Shown: positions 60,416 through 64,000 of the stretch, piece by piece | How positions within the stretch are numbered: position 1 is the stretch's first letter | Layout: each line of letters begins with the position of its first letter | From: Desulfobacterales bacterium | GTDB lineage: Bacteria > Desulfobacterota > Desulfobacteria > Desulfobacterales > UBA2174 | Length of the DNA: 64,000 nt | NCBI GenBank assembly: GCA_963668645.2 | Contig: CAXXWC010000019.1 | Location: forward strand, 576,001-640,000 | Reading direction: 5' to 3' | Program-made: the position numbers and the translations under genes | Notes under the pieces: generated by a model | What the model was told of the DNA's origin: nothing | The model's input: the letters and a program-made list of their open reading frames with translations, nothing else | Database searches by the model: none

Positions 60416-60416
60416 A

Positions 60417-60742
60417 TCGTCACGGCCGCAAACACCACCTTCGCCGGCGGCGTGGCCACCGGCACGGCCTACGAACTGCCCTTTTCCATCTATGCCCAGC
60501 ACCTGGACGACTTTATCCTCCTTAGCGAAGAGGAACTCTACGAGGGCATCGCCCTGGCCGCCTTTCACACCCGCAACCTGGCCGAGGGGGCCGGCGCGGC
60601 CGCCTTGCGCGCGGCGATCAAGATCCGCGGGCGACTTTCAGGCAAGAAAGTGGCCATCCAGTTCAACGGCGGCAATGCCTCCCCTGCTGAAATCCGCGCT
60701 GCGATGACCCGCCGCTGCCTCAGAAATGGGGTGGTGGATTAG
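60417..60742 (+). pseudogene. C-terminal fragment of a threonine/serine dehydratase-family enzyme
   Basis: NTTFAGGVATG...NLAEGAGAAALRAA...GKKVAIQFNGGN; the PLP-lysine half is absent. Confidence 0.78.
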
Positions 60743-60769
60743 AGAAATAGCCCCGTGATATCGTTTTGT

Positions 60770-60905
60770 ATCGATTTTACTCATGGAACCGCTTGCCCGC
60801 TAAATAACGGCCTCTGTCACAGCCACCCTCGATGATCTAATGGTGGTTGACGGCGGCCACCGGACAGGGGGGCGGCAAAACGACCTTCGCCCTGGCGTGT
60901 ATCGA
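60770..60905 (+). repeat. Decayed direct-repeat copy of the 5' end of the AAA/DUF4143 gene (56119-56250)
   Basis: TTTACTCATGGAACCG.TTGCCCGCTA.ATAACGGCC...GATGATC..ATGGTG...GGCAA.ACGACCTTCGCC.T.GCGTGT aligns at both places; this copy has a stop and indels. Confidence 0.85.
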
Positions 60906-61087
60906 AAACGGGCCGGTAGGCGCCAACGTTCCCATCCGGATCGCGACACCTGGGGTGTTTTGCTTCTGTTTTCTTGTGTTGTTCCTGCCGGGATATCTGT
61001 GTTAAAACAGCCTGAAAAATGTTTTAGTATGTGCTTGGATTATTCTTCGGATTTCCTTATCTCACACCCTGTGGAGGGATCTGATCG

Positions 61088-61669
61088 ATGAATGGAAAAA
61101 CAATTCTTACTGCGTTGGCCATGCTAACAGTAATTTTATTTTGTTCATCCTGTTCCACCCGCGGGGTTCATGATCAATACTTTGGAGCAACCGAGCAGCG
61201 ACTTGTCACTCACAGCCTGGATCAACTGATTTCCATGCTTCCGGAAAAGGATTTCATGCCGTTCAAAGATCGAAAGATATATGTGGAATGCCATTTTCTT
61301 GAAGACAATATACCACTGAAGTACGCTTTAAAACGCATTGAAATGGAATTTGTTCAAAAGTACGCTTGCACAGTGGCCGACTCGCCGGAATCGGCGGATG
61401 TTGTCTATGATTTCTTTTTTAGGGCTCTGGGTACGGATCAGGACAGCGTGGGATTCAGTACACCCGAGTTCATGATCCCTGGGACTGTGGGAACCGTCAG
61501 CATAGACCTGATTGCCCTGGATATGTACCACGGCGTATCGGAACTGTACTATTACATCACGGAGACGGATGCTGGAGAAGTATCCAGGGGTGAGCGAATT
61601 CGCTCCATCATACGAACGGACAAGTTGGCACTGCCCATCATATCCATTCCCATATCCACACTGAACTAG
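61088..61669 (+). CDS. Hypothetical lipoprotein
   Basis: Signal peptide with Cys (LFCSSC); GGAGG RBS. Confidence 0.7.
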   Translation: MNGKTILTALAMLTVILFCSSCSTRGVHDQYFGATEQRLVTHSLDQLISMLPEKDFMPFKDRKIYVECHFLEDNIPLKYALKRIEMEFVQKYACTVADSPESADVVYDFFFRALGTDQDSVGFSTPEFMIPGTVGTVSIDLIALDMYHGVSELYYYITETDAGEVSRGERIRSIIRTDKLALPIISIPISTLN

Positions 61670-61789
61670 CCTGGTCTATCCTGGAACAAGGGCATCGTTC
61701 ACGAGTATCTTTTCGTGCGCGTGGATTACACAGGGATCTGATCGAGGCGGTGTCTCAGTGTATGACGCCGTTACCGATCAACCTCGCTG

Positions 61790-62989
61790 TCACAGGGTCC
61801 AGCGGACGATACCGAAATCGGCCAGCGCGGCATCCTGAATCCCCAGGAATATGGGCTGACCGCTGATCCGGTGAATGTTGACCTTGGCATTGAAAACATT
61901 TCTGGCATACCCGTGCTTATCTTTGATCCGGTATTTGTGAATCCCGAAATCGCCGTCCTTTTGACCCGACCCGGTGAGGTAGCATTTGATCGAAGCCACC
62001 GGATCGCCCCCCAGAATGATCCCTTTCAGGTCTGACAGCCGTTCCTGGGCCAAGTCGATGAAATCAACCGCGCTCAGGGGGCCGGTTGCGGCTGCGGACT
62101 CGTCGACAGGAATCTCGAAGTCGCCCACCAGGATTTGACCGGCCCTGGCCTGCTCGATCATCCGGGCAAGTTCGATGGTGACATCGCCCACAATGTAGCT
62201 GAAGGTTGTCGGGTTCAGCCCCTCGGATTGATAGAACTCATAATGGCCGCCGGCATGGAAGCAGGCCCGCAACTGCGGCGTGGTATTGCCGCGCGCCTTG
62301 CTGCGGGCTATGGCGTTGTCGGCCAGCACGAGATGCATGAAGTGGTAAAGATCGATATTGGCGTCCAGGTTTCGATCGCGGTTCCACAGATAGAAGCCGT
62401 CTCCGGTGGTGGTGCGGGCAAAGCGGATCTTGATTTTCCGGTCCCGCAGTTTGCTGTAGGCCGTGTTGACCGAATAGGCCAGGCTGTTGAGCTGAACGGC
62501 CTGCTCGAGCGGGGAGTATCTGGAAAATCCCACCACGTCAAAGAGCGCCACGGCCCTGTCCCGGACAAAGGTGATGCTGTAACGCTTGACGAGGGAACTG
62601 ACTACGCGGGGCGGCAAATCGCTGATTTGGGAAGAAGGCAGGGCCAAGTGCAACGGTTCGCGTTGCAGCAAGCGGCCGAGCAGATGCAGGGTTTCCACCG
62701 CCAGCATCTTGGGCCCGGCCACGATTTCCTGTATCATTTCACCGATACGCGCCGATGTATACGCGGTTCCGTTCGCCGCTGCGCCAGGCGCGATGGCTTC
62801 ACCGATGACATAGTGCGGCACGACCAGCAGATCGATCCCATCGGGGCAGGGGGCCCACCCGAGAATGACATTTTTGCCCAGTGCCCAGCATTCGTAAAGA
62901 AGGTCGTCCAGCCGAAAAAGGGCTTCACTTTTAACAGGCCCATGCTGCTCTTCATCCAGGAACAATTCCGTCCATGAAAACCGTTTCAT
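61790..62989 (-). CDS. Protein with a divergent class III nucleotidyl-cyclase-like domain
   Basis: ALFDVVGFS and TTGDGF metal-binding Asp motifs; VGDVTIELAR; DKHG near the C-terminus. Confidence 0.6.
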   Translation of the reverse strand: MKRFSWTELFLDEEQHGPVKSEALFRLDDLLYECWALGKNVILGWAPCPDGIDLLVVPHYVIGEAIAPGAAANGTAYTSARIGEMIQEIVAGPKMLAVETLHLLGRLLQREPLHLALPSSQISDLPPRVVSSLVKRYSITFVRDRAVALFDVVGFSRYSPLEQAVQLNSLAYSVNTAYSKLRDRKIKIRFARTTTGDGFYLWNRDRNLDANIDLYHFMHLVLADNAIARSKARGNTTPQLRACFHAGGHYEFYQSEGLNPTTFSYIVGDVTIELARMIEQARAGQILVGDFEIPVDESAAATGPLSAVDFIDLAQERLSDLKGIILGGDPVASIKCYLTGSGQKDGDFGIHKYRIKDKHGYARNVFNAKVNIHRISGQPIFLGIQDAALADFGIVRWTL

Positions 62990-63513
62990 CTATCCCGCCT
63001 TATCCTGTTTTATCTTTCCAATCGCAGCCAAAAGTGTACCAGGTTGCACGACGGCTGGTAAGGAAATTCTAGGCATCCCCGCTTGCGGCGCCAAAGCTTA
63101 ATTCAGACTTTTTCGGAACGCAATCTTCCCCGTCTGGCCGGTTATGCCGCGCAGCCGCGATTTTGGACCGTGGCGGCCCATCGCCGCAAAAGAGCATAGA
63201 TACAATCGATAGCAAAGAGCCCCCGGCTGGCCCGCTCCATGTTCGTAAGCGAATGATATTGGGCCACCCTTCAGCCGGATCGCAGGACATCGTTGATCAT
63301 CCGCATCCGATAGGGTATCATCGCGTAACACAGTGGCAAGTATCCGATACCGTTGCGGCAAAAGAGGGTTTCGACCTGGACCATGATCCGTCCGTATTGC
63401 ATCGGGTTGAAACCTTTCGAAACAGACGCCCTGGAATGACAAACCGCTGAATTCATTATTTCGAACCTGTCACCTGTGGAAACCGATTCCCCTTTTCCCC
63501 AATGGAGGTTGCA

Positions 63514-64000
63514 ATGCAAAAATACGGCCGGTTTTGGATGATTTGTCTGACGTGCCTGCTGGGATTCGCAGCTCCACTCATGGCCGGAACAATTCAAAAA
63601 TTCCGCGCAGAGCAAGTCATAGTAAGTCCCGACGGCCAGATTCGAGCAAAGAGCAAGATCTACTCCATGCCGGAGAAGCTGCGGCTCGAAATGAATCATC
63701 CATCCGGACAGGGGACGATGATCATGATCTTGCGCAGGGACAAGCAGGTGCACTGGATTTTATCTCCGGAAAATAAGCGCTACACCGAACACCCCTTGAA
63801 TGAAGCCGAGTGGGAAAAGGCCAAGGGTGATTTCCTGAAGGCTCAGGACATAAAAGAACTTGGCACGGAGACCGTACAGGGGTTTCGATGCCAAAAGAGA
63901 CGGGTGACCACCACGGTCGAGGTCATGGGCGTCGCCCGGACGAGCACGAGCACGATCTGGAGTTCATCGAAAATCGACTTTCCCCTTCGTACTAAAAGCC
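63514..64000 (+). CDS. Secreted DUF4412/LolA-like protein (partial; runs off the window edge)
   Basis: Not in the ORF track. GGAGG RBS, then MQKYGRFWMICLTCLLGFAAPLMA...KLRLEM...ELGTETVQGFRCQK...FPLRTKS, open to the window end. Confidence 0.75.
   Translation, partial: MQKYGRFWMICLTCLLGFAAPLMAGTIQKFRAEQVIVSPDGQIRAKSKIYSMPEKLRLEMNHPSGQGTMIMILRRDKQVHWILSPENKRYTEHPLNEAEWEKAKGDFLKAQDIKELGTETVQGFRCQKRRVTTTVEVMGVARTSTSTIWSSSKIDFPLRTKS

Noticed and set aside
61790..62989. Pycsar/CBASS-type defence system
   Set aside because: No adjacent cyclic-nucleotide-binding effector gene is visible, so only the cyclase-like motifs are reported.

Overview
GC-rich bacterial chromosomal DNA. The gene content (CGGC protein, FmdE, sigma-54 activator, ISNCY-type IS) suggests an anaerobic Desulfobacterota; this assignment is inference. 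The left part (1-30.1 kb) is mostly housekeeping and cofactor uptake: K+ transport, a cobalamin-riboswitch-led DUF3450/ExbB/ExbB/ExbD/TonB/TPR operon split by an IS, alr-ald-Lrp, and two divergent TPP-riboswitch operons (ThiXYZ-type ABC; thiD-thiW-ECF). From about 30.1 kb the window becomes an accessory mosaic: an IS3 element, a very AT-rich four-gene operon (sensor kinase, receiver-DUF5678-like fusion, retropepsin-like aspartyl protease, small membrane protein), nested IS remnants, toxin-antitoxin modules, a TRAP/CoA-transferase cluster, a sigma-54 activator with its promoter, and many gene stubs. Two candidates for undescribed systems stand out. The first is the kinase / REC-DUF5678 / retropepsin operon. 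The second is a family of short GGGGAC(G/A)T-led and GTCGGACCA(A)GAAAT motifs associated with fragments of an HUH (Y1, RAYT-like) transposase; several copies sit at truncation or duplication breakpoints and between TA cargo genes. No CRISPR array, rRNA or tRNA was recognised. All family calls come from motif recognition by eye, without database searches.
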